Assembly: GCA_951406725.2 (NCBI GenBank)
Contig: OX597816.1
Coordinates: 169,694,001-169,758,000, forward strand
Direction of reading: 5' to 3'
Source: Octopus vulgaris
Taxonomy: Eukaryota
Length of the DNA: 64,000 bases
Each line of letters opens with the position of its first letter. Position 1 is the stretch's first letter. The notes beneath the pieces are model-generated. The model saw only the letters and a program-made list of their open reading frames with translations. It ran no database searches and was not told where the DNA came from. A program made the position numbers and the translations under genes. Shown piece after piece: positions 44,939-58,759 of the stretch.

Positions 44939-45061
44939 ATATATATATATATATATATATGCATATATCTGCATGCATATGCTTATGTGCGTGTATATAA
45001 ATATCGATCTACTAATCTCTATTTGTCTTTCCCTTCTTTTGTTTCTCTTGGAAAAGATAGT

Positions 45062-45130
<69 letters not shown>

Positions 45131-45557
45131 TTTATTGAATGACTATGGAAGCTTAAGAGTCTGAATGATCGTGTATATCTCGGAAGTAAATATGTACAAC
45201 ATCAGTTTAAACATATGGTTTGAGAAAGGCTTTGAGTAGGGTGTATTACTGGAATAAATAAGTATAGGTTTGTACACGCAAAGAAAGTAAGATAAAACAT
45301 TAGAAAAACAAAGAGATGATAAGCAGGATTCTATGGATCAATCAACTATTGATTTTCTCCTTGGGAACACTGGCATGTGTTTTCAGGGAAATAGCAGGCA
45401 GTTAGTAATTTAACAGAAGTGATTTAGGAGAACCCTGTTTATCATTTATAATCATCACATTTTTTCGTTCAATAGATAAATCCTTTTAAGAAGAACTGTA
45501 CATTTCGATACGAATTAAGGTTCGCAAATAACTAATGGCAATATCTGTGATCACTAA

Positions 45558-45765
45558 GGAGGTGAGCTGGCAGAATTAGCCGGGCAACATGCTTTGCGCC
45601 ATTTCCTTCGATTTTACGTTCTGAGTTCAAATTCCGCCGAAGTTGACTTTACCTTTCATGCCTTCGGGGTCGTGAAAATAAGTACTAGTTGAGTACTGAG
45701 ATCCATGTAATCGACTTATCCAGTCGCCCTAAACAGTCGACCTTGTGCCAAAATTTGATACCAGA
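45558..45765 (+). mobile_element. SINE family B (diverged)
   Basis: gagctggcagaa...gagttcaaattccgccga...taagtactag. Confidence 0.75.
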
Positions 45766-46100
45766 ATTTATGATCTTTGCAGAATGTCAGTAAGTTCTTC
45801 GATAGTTGAAAGTGTTTGATCAGGTTTTATACAAGACTAGGCAATTTTGCTGCACTTTTCGTCGCTGCAATTTCTGTCCGTATCTCGGCGAGCGTTGAGT
45901 TATGAAAATGTGACTTATTTCCTGACCTTATTAGAAAATAAGGGCATCCTGTAGTGGCACAATAACCCATAAAATGTGATTGGAAGAGGAAAATATTTTG
46001 TAGAAAGGCAGTCAAAAATTACAGAAACCGAATCTGAATTCAAAACAAATCACAAAAGTAAATGCTAAATAATAAATTTCACTATTGATGTGGACGTTGA

Positions 46101-46302
46101 GGCAGTGAGCTGGCAGAATCATTTGCAGGCCGGGCAAAATGCATAGCAGCATTTCGTCCCTCTTTCGGTTCTGAGTTCTAATCCCACCAAGGTCGACTTT
46201 TATCCTTTAGGGAGTCAATAAAATAAGTACCTGTTGTGGACTGGTGTCGATGTGATCGACTTAACCAACCCCAAAATTGAAGGCCTTTTGCCAAAATTTG
46301 AT
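46101..46302 (+). mobile_element. SINE family B (diverged)
   Basis: Same head and central domain. Confidence 0.75.
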
Positions 46303-47496
46303 TGGATGTCGGCGAGAAATAAAGCAAGATGGCAACAAGTTAAGATGGGCTGTCTCGAATTTTAAGCACTTCACTTTACGCCAGAAATATACAACCATTA
46401 CACCATCACACTCTCCTACTTGACTATAAAATGATTTATAACCGAGCTGTTTCAGCTAGCAATGGAAATGCCTCGAATATATCTAATTAACTGTGCTATT
46501 GACTCTATTTTATAACAAAATTACAAAGCAATAAGTTTACTCTTGTTACAGTTAGTTAGACACTGAAAAGTTTTTAAAATAGTTATAGCCTTTATAGAAT
46601 TTATAGTTATAATTGAAGATACCCCTTTAAGTGTCACAACTAACTGGTAATGTGTTTGCCAAATGTAAAAATGTGTGAAGATTATTTGGATGTTCTAAAT
46701 ATCCAACGAAATTGAATAGTTAATTTTTCAAACGCTATCATAGAACACAAGTAATGTGGAATTCGAAAATTAGATTTGGTTTTCACGTTATATAAATCAG
46801 TTTGATGTCAATTACTAAATTGAATCATGGTAAGAAGCCAACAAATAAAATTAAGCAGACGAGCTATTTCTTCCATTCTTTATATTTGCGACATGGTATC
46901 TAAAAGCACTTCCCTCTTTTGTTGAGGAAGTAGTATATACTGTAGCGAATAAATAGAGAAGCCAAATAAAAAATATAACTAAGAACATAAATTCCGGAAG
47001 TTTTGACTAGCTTTAAAACGATTCGAAATTATCTTCAATGACCGATTCGAATATTTTTACTTTGCCAATATTTCCCTTTATTCCAGATTCTTTACAGTCT
47101 ATGATTATAATTTCCTGTTCTTTGTACTGGGATATCAGATATATTTCAATACCAATGACTATATATATATATATATATGATAGATTTCTATTTTTAATTC
47201 GAGTACATCCACAGAAACTCGTCAAAGGTTTACAGATATTGTAATGTAAAATTCAATTTTAGAAAGTTTTAAAATAGATGTCATGCATATAGTAATGACC
47301 GGATTTAGGAGGTAAGAAGAATAGTTTGATCGGCTCAAATATATTACTGGTATTTACTTCTTTTTTGTTCCATGTAAGACAAAAGTACAGCCATCTTTGC
47401 CTGGATCTGACTGTACAACCTAGTGAATAAAACCAATTACAGTAAATGGTTAAGTAGCATGTGAAACCTCTTCTGACAATTCAGCAATGGAGATTG

Positions 47497-47926
47497 GGAT
47501 ATTTTCGGTTTGAACGGTAGTTTTTTCTTGCGGTGTCATATGAAATTGTCACCCATAATTATGACTCTAGAATCTATCTATTGCATTTCAATCTCTTTTA
47601 GGGTTAGGGTTAGTTAGGGTTAGGGTTAGGAGTGTGGGAAGGGTATCTTTTTTTCTTCACAATTGTAAATAAACTCAATCTGTTTCTTAAACGAGGGACA
47701 TATTCATACGGCACAGAATACTTTTTAACTCAATAGACGTCACTGATTGGTTGCAATTGCAGAAATTGCAGAAATTGAGGAAAGCAAAACAACAAATATC
47801 TTACAAACTATAGAAAGCCAAGAGAAAAAGATGTTTTATAAACACATTCTACCAGTATACGAAGTTAAAATTTTTTTAGTTACCTAGAAATTATGTTAAA
47901 AACTGCCGTTCAAACCGAAAAGATCC
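47497..47926. mobile_element. MITE with ~28-bp TIRs and internal (TTAGGG)n
   Basis: TIRs ggatattttcggtttgaacggtagtttt / aaaactgccgttcaaaccgaaaagatcc. 8-bp TSD ggagattg/gaagattg. Confidence 0.8.
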
Positions 47927-48210
47927 GAAGATTGTAAATCAAATTCACTGTGAAATTGAAGCAGACACATTTCACTTGGTTTCGTACTGCAAATGCTTTT
48001 GAATAACAGTAAGCTCCGAGAAAGATGTGTTTGTGGTCTGTTTCTTTTTAGTGATTGAACTATTGTAATACGTAATTCTTCATAATGTAAGGAAGCGATG
48101 TGATTTTCAGTCTATGAACAACATGAGAACCATAAATAGCATCATCATCATCATCATCGTCGTCGTCGTCGTCGTCGTCATCATCATCATCATGAAGTAC
48201 AACAACAGCG

Positions 48211-48260
<50 letters not shown>

Positions 48261-48330
48261 CTAATAATAATAATAATAGTTATAATAATAATAATGATAA
48301 TAATAATATAATAATAATAATAATAATAGT

Positions 48331-48424
<94 letters not shown>

Positions 48425-48479
48425 GTTATAATAATAATAATCATAATAATAATAATAATATAATAATAATAATAATAGT

Positions 48480-48531
<52 letters not shown>

Positions 48532-48871
48532 GTGTCTCTAAAAGAAATGGAGAAACTTTCAAAATACAAAGACCTGGAAATAGAGGTAAGTAGAATGCGG
48601 AATCCAAAAAACAGAAGCAATTCTTACCATAGTAGGCGCATTAGGTATGATAAAAAAATATTCAGACAAATACTTAACAAAAACACCAGGACTTACAAAC
48701 ACATATAACACACAGAAAATTGCACTACTAGGCACTGCACACATCCTACGCAGAACACTTTTAGTACAGTAACCATCAAAGCAACACAACAAATCACAGC
48801 ACATACCCAAGGTACACAGAGCTGCGCTCGGTAGTGAAGTGAAAGCACGCTATAAAAATATAACTACTGAA
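48532..48871 (+). mobile_element. R4/Dong LINE 3' end in (TAA)n
   Basis: Encodes SLKEMEKLSKYKDLEIEVSRM...VGALGMIKK...IALLGTAHILRRTL. Confidence 0.85.
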
Positions 48872-48882
48872 TAATAATAATA

Positions 48883-48950
<68 letters not shown>

Positions 48951-49329
48951 AATAATAACAACAACAATAATAATAATTCTTTCTTCTATAGACATAAAAG
49001 TCTTGGGATCGGTGTCTAGTCGATTGCATTACCGCCTCGTGATCAACTGTTACTAAATTTATCGACCACGAATTTGAACTTAGAGTGTAAAGCCAGAAGA
49101 AATGCCATTGAACATTTTGTCCAGCGTGCCAACGATTCTCGCCGCCTTAGTAGTTGTAATAGACTCTTCCGTCGAAGATGATAGCTTATGAGCGTTCAGC
49201 TTTTGCCGAACGACCTACAAACATGAGTTGTTTATAGTTATCAAATGTTCGTGTAACATATTAATTCATTTTCTAAAATCAAATTAAACGTTGCCTGATT
49301 AGGTGCACGGTGTACCACGCGTTAGGTAT

Positions 49330-49459
49330 CGAAGTGTAATCGCCAAGCAACGAGAGATGAAGTGTTTTGCTCAAGAACACAACACACCACTCAGTCTAGG
49401 AATCGAAACCACGATCTTGAGATCGCGAGTGCAACACTCTAACCACTAAACCACGTGCC

Positions 49460-49460
<1 letters not shown>
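49330..49460 (-). mobile_element. tRNA-derived SINE family D head (CORE-like)
   Basis: ggcacgtggtttagtggttagagtgttgcactcgcga...gtttcgattcct...tgtgttcttgagcaaaacactt. Confidence 0.65.
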
Positions 49461-49516
<56 letters not shown>

Positions 49517-49526
49517 GTACTTATTA

Positions 49527-49578
<52 letters not shown>

Positions 49579-49580
<2 letters not shown>

Positions 49581-50147
49581 GAGAGAGCAGTGCATGCCAT
49601 CAAAGTGACACTGGGGTAAAGTGTACGAAGCCCAGTATACTCATCATGACTACCCGTCTGATAAGGGTACACCAGGCACATGCATCTCAACCATATGTGG
49701 GCGAAGTGGTGATCTCATATCAAGATAAACAGCGCATGACCTTGCAGGTGGGGCCCAGTTAGAATTTTCTTCTGGTCAAGTAGCCCATCCCACTCAAAAG
49801 GTCCCTGAACAAGGATTGTTTAAGGATGTTGAACGAACCGCCCATGTTTTCAAAGGTGAATTATCCAAACCTCTAAGAATTCCTTTCAACACATGGCTAT
49901 GATGCTCCACCACTACTTTTGTTCATGATCAGAGATACACATATCGTCAGCCACTAAGGGACATGTTCAACTGGTTAAGGTCAAACAACCGACAAGCAGT
50001 CTGTGGTATTGAGCAGAATATTTGCTGTAGCCCATCTTTTATACGAAAACAAAACAATGTACATGATAACACTTCCAATCAGTTAAGATCAGAAGCCATG
50101 AGAGCCACTGCCTGGTACTGCATCAGGGCAATTACTGCATCAGGGCA

Positions 50148-50148
<1 letters not shown>
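49579..50148 (-). mobile_element. Non-coding (TAA)n-associated retroposon, longest copy
   Basis: Third copy; 17-bp direct duplication at its variable end. Confidence 0.78.
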
Positions 50149-50204
<56 letters not shown>

Positions 50205-50227
50205 GTTATTATCCTATGGTAATTATT

Positions 50228-50444
50228 ATTGTTTCAAATTTTTGCCACCAGGGCGGCGGCTTGGGGAGGTGGGGATGAGTCAATTACATCGACCACAGTG
50301 TTCAACTGATACTTAATTTATCGACCCCGAAAGGATGAAAGGCAAAGTCGAATTCGGCGGAATTTGAACAGAGAACTTAGCGACGGGTGAAATACTGCTA
50401 AGCATTTCGTCCAGCGTGCTAACTATTCTGCCAGCTCGCCGTCC
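50228..50444 (-). mobile_element. SINE family B
   Basis: Reverse complement of the family B head and central domain. Confidence 0.82.
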
Positions 50445-50495
<51 letters not shown>

Positions 50496-50705
50496 TGATG
50501 ATGATAATGATAATCAACAGCATCAACATTAATAACAATGAAAATATTATACCAGACGCGAGGTATCACATATGCTGGCATAAAAGCGCGCTTTTATTTC
50601 TAAGTGTATCAAACATTGTCGTTTGTCTAATGTAGCTGTATTACGAATGGGAGATCGAGTGTTCTAGGCTAGGGAGACGCGGATAAGTATAATTCCATAT
50701 AATAA

Positions 50706-50934
50706 GGCGGCGAGCTGGTAGAAACGTTAGCACACCGGGCGAAATGCGTTGCAGTATTTCGTCTGCCGTTACGTTCCGAGTTCAAATTCCGCCGAGGTAG
50801 ACTTTACCTTTCATCCTTTCGGGGTCGATTAAATAAGTACCAGTTACTCTCTGTGGTCGATATAATCGACTTAATCCGTGTGTCTGTCCTTGTTTGTCCT
50901 CTCTGTGTTTAGCCCCTTGTGGGTAGTAAAGAAA
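50706..50934 (+). mobile_element. SINE family B with 18-bp TSD
   Basis: TSD ggataagtataattccat (50681/50937). Confidence 0.9.
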
Positions 50935-51711
50935 TTGGATAAGTATAATTCCATTAAGCACAATAATTGTTGCTGATAATAAAATACTGAAATGAAACCA
51001 AACTATTAGTCTGCTGACACTGTCTTACGAAACATTGCTTAACGGAACGACGTCAGTTATGTGGGGAATGTTATATAATTTCCACAACAAGCATATCCGA
51101 CACCCGATATCTGTCTTATATTATTTATTGCCTGCGTTAGCTTTAAGAAACGTCTTTTAATTATCTAAATGAAATATTCTTTTAGAAAGATGAAGGGAAT
51201 ATTAAACTTTCATCACCCTCTTAGCTATTTGCAATGAGTGAATGAGAAAAAAAAACATCATTGCATTGGTGCATCACCCTTGTGACCAATTCGTAGTTGC
51301 GTTAAAACATTACAGATCGAAATAGTTTTACATCCTGTATGACTATTCACTCGATCAAAATATAAACAACTGTACAGGTGATCTCAAAGGAGAGGAAATA
51401 TACGGTATTCATATAATGTAATTTATGATAAACCTATGGTTTTATACGCTATTTCTGTTTGCTATCACAGCATCATTTCAACATTTACAGAAGCATACAT
51501 TTCCGCCGACAGAACAGAACAAGACAAAAAAAAAATATCTTTCAATAAGTATCTGTTGAAACATATTAGATTTGCTTTTCTCCGCAATATACAATTGTAA
51601 AATAAGGATTTATCTTATTTAAGAGTGTCTCCTATACACCAGCAAACACACTTATTGTGGTAGCCGTTGAAGTCGACATTTCGTCTTTGTGATATCATTA
51701 TACTAACTTAC

Positions 51712-52097
51712 GGAGGCGCAATGGCCCAGTGGTTAGGGCAGCGGACTCGCGGTCATAGGATCGCGGTTTCGATTCCCAGACCGGGCGTTGTGAGTGTTTA
51801 TTGAGCGAAAACACCTAAAGCTCCACGCGGCTCCGGCAGGGGATGGTGGTGATCCCTGCTGTACTCTTTCACCACAACTTTCTCTCACTCTTACTTCCTG
51901 TTTCTGTTGTACCTGTATTTCAAAGGGCCGGCCTTGTCACTCTCTGTGTCACGCTGAATATCCCCGAGAACTACGTTAAGGGTACACGTGTCTGTGGAGT
52001 GCTCAGCCACTTACACGTTAATTTCACGAGTAGGCTGTTCCGTTGATTCGGATCAACCGGAACCCTCGTCGTCGTAACCGACGGAGTGCTTCCATCC
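51712..52097 (+). mobile_element. SINE family C with 11-bp TSD
   Basis: TSD atactaactta. Nearly identical to the 29895 and 54402 copies. Confidence 0.92.
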
Positions 52098-54401
52098 ATA
52101 CTAACTTATATCTTAACGTGCCCTCTTGTTTAACATTACCCTGTAGCAAGATTTCTAGCCGAGGGCACAGATCCCTTCCTGACTTTCTTCCTCCAACGCT
52201 AACCGATTGAAGTTCAAAGAGTGAGGACTTGGGCCAAAAAATGTCATATACTATTCTTCATACTTCCAGACGAATTCATCAAATGAGCATGGCGAAAGAA
52301 AGAAAAGAAATATATGGGGTGAGATTTGGTGGAAGGCTATGTTAGCAAATGAATATGAGCAGCTGTTAGGAGATAAAGATATTGGCTTTTTGTGAATGTT
52401 ACTGAAGCTTTTGCTCTTACTAAGGTTGCTAATATTGTCTCATGGTGAAAAAAGGTGTTTTAATATATTGTAAACATTTGTGGTGTGTAGTAATATATGT
52501 TGCATTCTGCTTCAGGAAATGTTCAATGATGTATCAATTCATCTTATCTGTTGTACAGTACATGTGTGTGGTATGTGTATTTTACAAGGTGTTGTTCTTA
52601 CTAGTTGGTTTGTTGATTTGCACCAGCATCGAATCTTAACTGGTTTCTTAAATACATGTAAAAAGTAAGCGAAATATTTTCTTGGTTGATCATACGCTTG
52701 TAATAATCAGCCGTCAAAGTACATTAGAATAGGGAATCCAAAATATAAACATAGAAAAACCTTAGTTGACAATACTGTCATCCTATACAGAATTTTTATA
52801 AAGCAGGAAGCTTAGGTATAGAAGCTTTAACCACATGTATAATACACATACAATAACCTATGAGGTAACTTTAATAATTAAACAAATTTCCAATCTGGTG
52901 GTGATGATTGTATAGTGTCATTCCCATTATAGTGTCATTCCCATGATCATTGTCTTGCCAAATCATGTACATGTGGCCACAACTTTAGACCAAATTTATC
53001 ATCTCCCATTTAAGTGAATAATACATATACTGATATCGTGAATAACCAGTGGGTTTCATGAAAATCCAGTGTACTCTCTTGAATCTGTATTAAAGTAAAA
53101 TAACCATATATGTATCATATTCAACGTATATACATCGTCATCAAGCAAGATACAACTTTAATTGTGTACACCAGATTTTTATGCAGTCTGGCTATCTTTA
53201 TGTATAGCATCTGATAAATTTCTTCCCATAATGTGCGGTAGGTATATCCTTTCAATTTAGACAACACAGCAATTCTAACACCGAAGCCTTACTTTGGCAT
53301 ATAGACTTGGCAATTCAACCACTGTAATGGTGCTTTTGTTTTTGCAAGAGAAAAGTTAATGGTAAATAAATCCGACCAATTTTGAATATGTCAGTTTCAA
53401 AGTGAAATGACACAGTTCCTGGTTATATAAATAACATTTTGTTTTGATGAATGCATTACTTGCAAATATTAACTATTATGTAATTCTATCTCGGAAGATA
53501 TAATGTTACATAACATTTTGCTATCGCTGTGTCATATTCAATGTTCCTCTTTCTATGCAAGCTTAAATTTAATGTTTTACATAAAATTCAGGCAAGGAAA
53601 TTCTGTATTCTCAGTAACTGAGGCATCAAATGCAATACTTGCCTACCTTGTACACATACAGCCCCACTCAAATATATATCTTATTGACTTTGAATGACTG
53701 TGTCTGCATAATTCAAGGTAAATGTATGTTTCTACGCTCTCATATATTCTTCCATATGTCTGTAAGAATGCATGATGCATGGTTTCTGTTGAACTTTTCA
53801 TAAGGCTAGTTCCGGCAGGCAAGTGAATGATATATCTTAGGCTTAGTGTAAAACTCTCAACAATCTCCCATTCTGAAAATTTCAGTAGAACGAGGACCAA
53901 TTTACTGCTCTGACACTAGCAAAATTCAAAGTCAGGTTTTAAAAGCTCAAGAAATCCATACAGACGTATGTAAACAAGTACGATATGAATGGCTTCTGGG
54001 ATGTGATAAAACACTCTATGAGTTCTTGAATTATTTCATGATTACAAGTCATTTTACCTGATGGTACATCTCTAATGAAAAATACAACTGGCAATAAAGG
54101 ATCAATGAAACCAACTCCTTGAGGACTGAATACAGTTGGCAGCGTAGAAGTTTGTAAAATGCCATCATCCACGACTTTAAGGCTTACCGATATTTGTCGA
54201 AGTTACTAGTGGGACTAAAATACGGAAAAATAGAGACAACAGATATTTTTGAGTAGAGATATTCAAGCATGGTTACCTCTTTCTCTCTCATTTGCTCCAC
54301 AAAAATATACATACATTATTATGTATGTGTATGTGTTTATATATGTATATACATACAGGAATGTATGTTCATACGTAAACACAAGTATATATATATATAT
54401 A

Positions 54402-54956
<555 letters not shown>

Positions 54957-55448
54957 CTAACCGTAAAATATCTATTGTAATTCAAATTTAAAAGTATAGG
55001 CCAATCGAATGCATCTGTGGAAATTAATACCATGCAAACAGAAGAATTTGACTAATTGCATATATATGCAGATATCTATTTGCCTTGAATAATGCTATGG
55101 TGGTATTTATTGGTCTTCAGTGTTGCTAACATTATTGTTATTGATAACGGTATTGGTATTAACATTATTGACTTTTTGTAAAGCAACACAAATTAGTATA
55201 ATGAACTGTTTACTATATATGTCTGCATTAAGTATGAATATATCTGTTGTAATTTCTTAATATTAGTTGAGGAACTGTAACATTCAATATAGAACATTAT
55301 TATGTTTATTGATATATATTGATTTATATTATTTATATTATTTTATTTTATTATGTATATGTATATGTGTATATATATAATGATATGAGTATATATGCAC
55401 TCATATTTATATTTATATGTAAATGATTTTTGGATATGTACTCATACT

Positions 55449-55578
55449 TACATTAGAATCTCCGAAGAGGCCGTTAGATATTTTTGTTAATGTCTCATTT
55501 ATACCTGCAATATATGGCTAATAGGTTAAATGAGACATACTTATCTGCATGGCCGAAACAGCTGTCAGTTATAATGTA
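55449..55578 (+). ncRNA. Type I hammerhead motif with a long stem II domain (U4C)
   Basis: ct-CCGAAGA-ggcc...ggcc-GAAA-cagctg-TC-ag. Internal 12-bp helix atgtctcattta/taaatgagacat; distal stem I tacatta/taatgta. Confidence 0.7.
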
Positions 55579-55756
55579 TATGTATTTTTATATCTTGTTA
55601 TATTTATTTAGTTATATCTCATTATATTGATTGTAATTATTGTACTGTATTAATGTCTAATCTTAATGCTCTTGCGTAGAGTTTTAATAAAGTATATGAT
55701 TCGGTATTATCTGATAGTTGATGAATGATTTAGATATATTTCTCCATTTTCTCATT

Positions 55757-55813
<57 letters not shown>

Positions 55814-56012
55814 AATAAAACTTACTTGGAAATGGATGCGTGGCGTGTAATAAAATAATAATGTAAATAATATAAAAGAAAGAAGTTTACATGAGGAAAG
55901 GAATGATGGACGATGCTTCCTCCCAACTCTCTGTTTCTCACCCTTCCGTTTCTTTTATCTCTCCTAACTAACTACCCTTAGTTCATTCTCAGCGAGTTGT
56001 ACTGGCCTCAGG

Positions 56013-56053
<41 letters not shown>

Positions 56054-56062
56054 TATATATAT

Positions 56063-56264
56063 CAATTGCAGCGTAGAAGGTGTTTATAAGCCATTTAAGA
56101 AACACACAAAAGCCGTTCGATTCACTTCAACATTTAAGTTTAATTTGTCAAAATATTTTCGTCGCTAAAATCCGCGACCTGTTCACTGACAAAAATCCGT
56201 GCTGCATCGAACGGCTTTTGTGTGTTTCTTAAATGGCTTATAAACACCTTCCACGCTGCAATTG
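56063..56264. repeat. Inverted repeat with 59-bp arms enclosing a hammerhead variant
   Basis: 56063-56121 pairs with 56206-56264 (one mismatch). (TA)n lies on both sides of the element. Confidence 0.9.
56144..56193 (-). ncRNA. Type I hammerhead variant with G3:C8 swap
   Basis: Minus strand reads tttgtca-GTGAACA-g-gtcgc(ggatttta)gcgac-GAAA-atat-TT-tgacaaa. Confidence 0.7.
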
Positions 56265-56321
56265 TTTTCGTTTCAGCACACGATCTCAGATCAAATTACT
56301 TGCTATGCGAGTACTTCTCCG

Positions 56322-56370
<49 letters not shown>

Positions 56371-57043
56371 GTAATCCCAGCACCGCGATTATATATAAAT
56401 ATATAAATGTAATCCCAGCACCGACATGATTTCACATGTATCATCCCCACTATCATCATCACCTCTGTCACTGCCTAAGCAACACCATAACAAACAACAA
56501 AACACCACCATGCGCCTACTTCATCTTCATACCTAGCGGCATTTTCCCTTTGATCTTTGACAAGTGGTTTACATGAAAATTTTGATTTTTCCAGTGGATG
56601 AAGTGATCTCCTTAACGCTTTTGATAACAATAACCATTTGATAACATTACTCCTGTATCTATGTATCTCTCTCTTCACTCCCTCTCTCTCTTCAACCTCT
56701 CTCTCTCTTCGCTCTCTCTCTCTCTCTGTCTATTACATTCATACACACACACACTTATACACACATACACGCACAGACACATATATGTATTAATGTATAT
56801 ATATACATACACGCTTTTACTTTCTCAAGTTATTGAATTGTAACCATACTGGCGCACCAACTTGAATGCTATTATACAATCAAATCGACACGAGTAGTTA
56901 TTTTTTGCTATCTGGTACTTATTAAGTAAGTCAATGTCTTAAAATTGTTTCTTTTTCTTTTTGCCTCAACGCTAATTTATGAGGACGTAGGCAAACCAGT
57001 ACTGGATGTGCAGTTGTCAGGCACAAATATAAACAAGCGCACC

Positions 57044-57616
57044 CATACATACATACATACATACATACATACATACATACATACATACATACATACATAC
57101 ATACATACATACATACATGCATGCATACATACATACATGCATGCATGCATGCATACATAAATGCATACATACATTCACACATACATGCATACATACATGC
57201 ATACATGCATACATACATGCATACATACATACATACATAACATACATACATACATACATGCATACATAAATGCATACATACATACATACATACATACATA
57301 CATGCATGCATGCATACATACATACATACATACATGCACGCATACATACATACATGCATACATTCATGTATACATACATACATACATACATACATGCATA
57401 CATACATGCATGAATGCATGCACACATTCATACATACATGCACGCATACATACATACATACATGGATACATACATGCATGCATACATATAAACAATATAT
57501 ACATACATACATACATACATGCATGCATGCACACATACAAACTCTCACACATACATGCATACATACACACACGCATACATGCATACATGCATACATACAT
57601 ACATACATACATACAT
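57044..57616. repeat. (CATA)n/(CATG)n microsatellite
   Basis: Direct reading. Confidence 0.95.
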
Positions 57617-57619
57617 GCC

Positions 57620-58632
57620 GTTGACTGTCGTATCATATGCCTTCGGTAACATCTTTTAACCACCTTCGACAACGTCGTTTAACCACCAAGTGCATCCCTT
57701 GACCAAGCTTTGCATATAGGAGGCTGATAACATCATAAGACTTGGAAGGCAGCTCCTTGAGCAACATTCTTTGTCTGATAACCTTAAATACATTCCCAAA
57801 AATGTCGCACGACTCTACTGCAATGTATCCTTAGATGAAAGGATGAGCATGTATCAGCAGAAGACCACGCACCGATATGTTAGTAGAAAACTCAGAGGTG
57901 ATAGTAACATTGATCCTCAAAGCAGTCTATCATGGACCAACAACCGGATTACTACCTCTTACTTTGAAGAGTATGCGTTTGCAATCCAGGAACAGGAAAT
58001 ATCAACCAAATACCTAATGCACAAAAGAGAAAGAGATGCATGAAAAGCAGTAAAATGCGACAACCAATGTAGACTTTGTGGTGTTAACACCGAAGATATG
58101 ACCCACATTATAGGCAGATGTCCGAAAATGCCACCACGGTATTATCTACCGATGAGACGTGATGTTGTAGCTAGGACACTGTATAACGAGATGCGTCGAA
58201 AGATAGCCATGAGGAAAAAGAAATAAGAACCCACAGTATGGTGAAAACCATAGCCACTCATAATAAAAAGGAGTACTGGTGGAAAGTCTCAGTGAAAACC
58301 GCAACAAAATGTAAACACAATAGACCTGATATAATGATTTGAGACAGAGAAGAGAAATCGGGTACAGTTGTGGAAATCAGCTGCCCAGGGTATGTTAACA
58401 TAAGAAGATTAGTGAAAAAGAGAATACTTACGCTGAACTATTGCGAAATCTGCAGTTACTCTATCCAGATTACAAGTTCATGTTTATACCTGCAATTATT
58501 GGGGTACTTGGTTATGTAACACACTGCCTAAATACCAATTTTGAGAAATTAGGCTATCAAAACTAGAAAGGAAAAAATAATTCGAAGACTACAGATCCAA
58601 TCCATCACTGGAACTGTGAAAATCTGTAAAAG
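57620..58632 (+). mobile_element. RLE-type (R4-like) LINE C-terminal fossil, copy 1
   Basis: Encodes FAIQEQEISTKY...CRLCGVNTEDMTHIIGRC...EYWW...HNRPDIMI...VVEISCP...EKENTY...IPAIIGVLG, with stops. Confidence 0.8.
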
Positions 58633-58759
58633 CCAGTTCTTATTCCAGTATTTTGGATACTTGACTGATATGTAGAAGAAATCCACTCCAAATACATTAA
58701 AACCTGTAAAATTCGAACATCAACTGGAAGCCTCCACACAAATAGCAGTATCAACAGGT

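Noticed and set aside
47598-47630. True telomere or chromosome fusion site
   Set aside because: Only about five units, inside a TIR-bounded MITE.
53643-54172. Two adjacent minus-strand ORFs (77 and 85 aa) in unique sequence
   Set aside because: No recognisable motif, non-ATG starts and no supporting splice sites.
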